From positions 1 to 38,227 of the forward strand of contig PFND01000009.1 in the NCBI GenBank assembly GCA_002791805.1: 38,227 nt of DNA. The letters run 5' to 3'. The translations under genes were made by a program, and so were the position numbers. This stretch comes from Alphaproteobacteria bacterium CG_4_10_14_0_8_um_filter_53_9 (GTDB taxonomy: Bacteria; Pseudomonadota; Alphaproteobacteria; UBA2136; UBA6156). This document shows, piece after piece, positions 37,123 to 38,227 of this stretch. Below the pieces are notes generated by a model. That model searched no databases, was not told the origin of the DNA, and saw only the letters and a list, made by a program, of their open reading frames with translations. Every line of letters begins with the position of its first letter. Positions within the stretch are counted from its first letter, which is position 1.

Positions 37123-37896
37123 ATGATAAAATCTGCGGCCCTTATCTTGGCTACACTCAGCACCCTAGGTCTCTCTGCTTGTAGTGGAAGCATTTATAAA
37201 CCTGCTGTATACCCCCCCTATGAAGGCGCGGGCTTTACAGACCGCCTTCCAACAGAGAAAGAGCGTATTCTCTCCCGGAAAGATTTTAGTATTGAAGTTG
37301 CCAGTGTAAAAGATGATCGCCGTCCACGATCAGATGCCATGGATGCCACCGATACAATTATTTACGAGTATGAACCAAACGATTTACTCCAAGGTGTGAC
37401 GTACCGTGCCCCTGTTCTTATTAATAAATATCTAACCTACGGACCAAAGAAAACAAAACACTACCTCGCGGATATTAAAATGCATAAAATGAAAGCTCAG
37501 ATTATCAGTGGCACATTTCTTAAAGGGGGACATAATGGGCAGTATAGAGTTATCCTAGAAGGAGAAATCCAAGCCCGGCGGGCAGAAAGCAGCCTAATTG
37601 TCCTTAACCAACCTTTTGCTTATGAACTGGTTCAGGCGCGGCGCAGCTTTGATGGCAGACACCCCAGTGCCGAGATGGACAGAGCAAGAACTTATGATCT
37701 AATGGAAGATGCCTTCCGTAAACTCGCCGAGCGCATTGCCTGGCAAATACGCCAGCAAGATGCTCGTTACTGGAATATAGAGAAAGATCAGATTCAAGAA
37801 GATACGGCAGCAGCAATGAGAGCCGCTCCACAGACCCTGACCGAGCAACTTCAGTATCAAGTAGAACCAGTACCAACGCCTACGTACCAGCCATAA
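37123..37896 (+). CDS. Hypothetical lipoprotein
   Basis: AAGGAG SD; lipobox LSAC. Confidence 0.8.
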   Translation: MIKSAALILATLSTLGLSACSGSIYKPAVYPPYEGAGFTDRLPTEKERILSRKDFSIEVASVKDDRRPRSDAMDATDTIIYEYEPNDLLQGVTYRAPVLINKYLTYGPKKTKHYLADIKMHKMKAQIISGTFLKGGHNGQYRVILEGEIQARRAESSLIVLNQPFAYELVQARRSFDGRHPSAEMDRARTYDLMEDAFRKLAERIAWQIRQQDARYWNIEKDQIQEDTAAAMRAAPQTLTEQLQYQVEPVPTPTYQP

Positions 37897-37965
37897 AAAA
37901 ATCTTACTAAAGATTAAGGTTTTCTCTTGGCATAGACGCTTTGCTATGTAAAAGTGCGGCCCAAT

Positions 37966-38040
37966 GCCGACATAGCACAGTGGTAGTGCAGTGGTTTTGT
38001 AAACCAAAGGTCGGGAGTTCAAATCTCTCTGTCGGCACCA
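37966..38040 (+). tRNA. tRNA-Thr(TGT)
   Basis: GCCGACA-TA-GCACAGTGGTAGTGC-A-GTGGT-TTTGTAA-ACCAA-AGGTC-GGGAGTTCAAATCTCTC-TGTCGGC-ACCA. Confidence 0.95.
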
Positions 38041-38067
38041 TTAAATATTTAAGTTTAAGGCTAAATT

Positions 38068-38093
38068 AAAAAGCTCCCTAAGGGAGCTTTTTT
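38068..38093. terminator. Bidirectional terminator
   Basis: AAAAAGCTCCC-TAA-GGGAGCTTTTTT. Confidence 0.85.
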
Positions 38094-38115
38094 CCTTACG
38101 GAGATTAACTAGAAA

Positions 38116-38227
38116 CTAGTTAACGCTATCGCGCAGGGATTTACCAGCTTTGAATTTAGGCTGGGTTTTGGCAGCAATTTTAATGCTGTCGCCAGTGCGG
38201 GGGTTGCGGCCCGTTGTGGCTTTGCGC
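38116..38227 (-). CDS. hup: HU DNA-binding protein, 3' part only (runs off the window)
   Basis: Translates to [36 protein letters not shown]. Confidence 0.92.
   Translation of the reverse strand, partial: RKATTGRNPRTGDSIKIAAKTQPKFKAGKSLRDSVN

Overview
Bacterial chromosomal window. Several housekeeping proteins (RpsU, YqaA, ProX-like, OmpA) look alphaproteobacterial by recall, and the + strand is visibly C/A-rich throughout. Left part: tRNA-Leu(CAG), tRNA-Thr(CGT) and a globin-coupled chemoreceptor. Next is a ~9.3 kb integrative element (1781-11058) in the 3' end of a standard one-piece tmRNA gene. It carries a P4-like integrase, AlpA, a Rep_trans-type rolling-circle initiator with a candidate origin hairpin, an MmeI-like Type IIL R-M enzyme with an AT-rich partner gene, and a protein fusing a toxin-like domain to a phage MuF domain. 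Middle: DUF4197 lipoprotein, two orphan genes, a Pif1-like helicase, an alpha/beta hydrolase, an autotransporter and ugd. Then comes a degenerate kdpDE pair with no kdpFABC in the window, embedded in a cluster of small envelope/stress genes. Each of the five putative transcription units in that cluster is preceded by a correctly oriented KdpE-like 6-N5-6 direct repeat. Right part is mostly core genes (tRNA-Trp, yqaA, proX-like, dprA, ubiG-like, rpsU, hisS, prfA-prmC, tRNA-Thr(TGT), partial hup), plus an 11-bp-period repeat array upstream of prfA and several apparently leaderless genes. Best candidates for something new are the rewired KdpDE mini-regulon, the tmRNA-integrated element with its toxin-MuF fusion, and the one-piece tmRNA with an atypical tag. 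All family calls come from motif recognition by eye; no searches were run.
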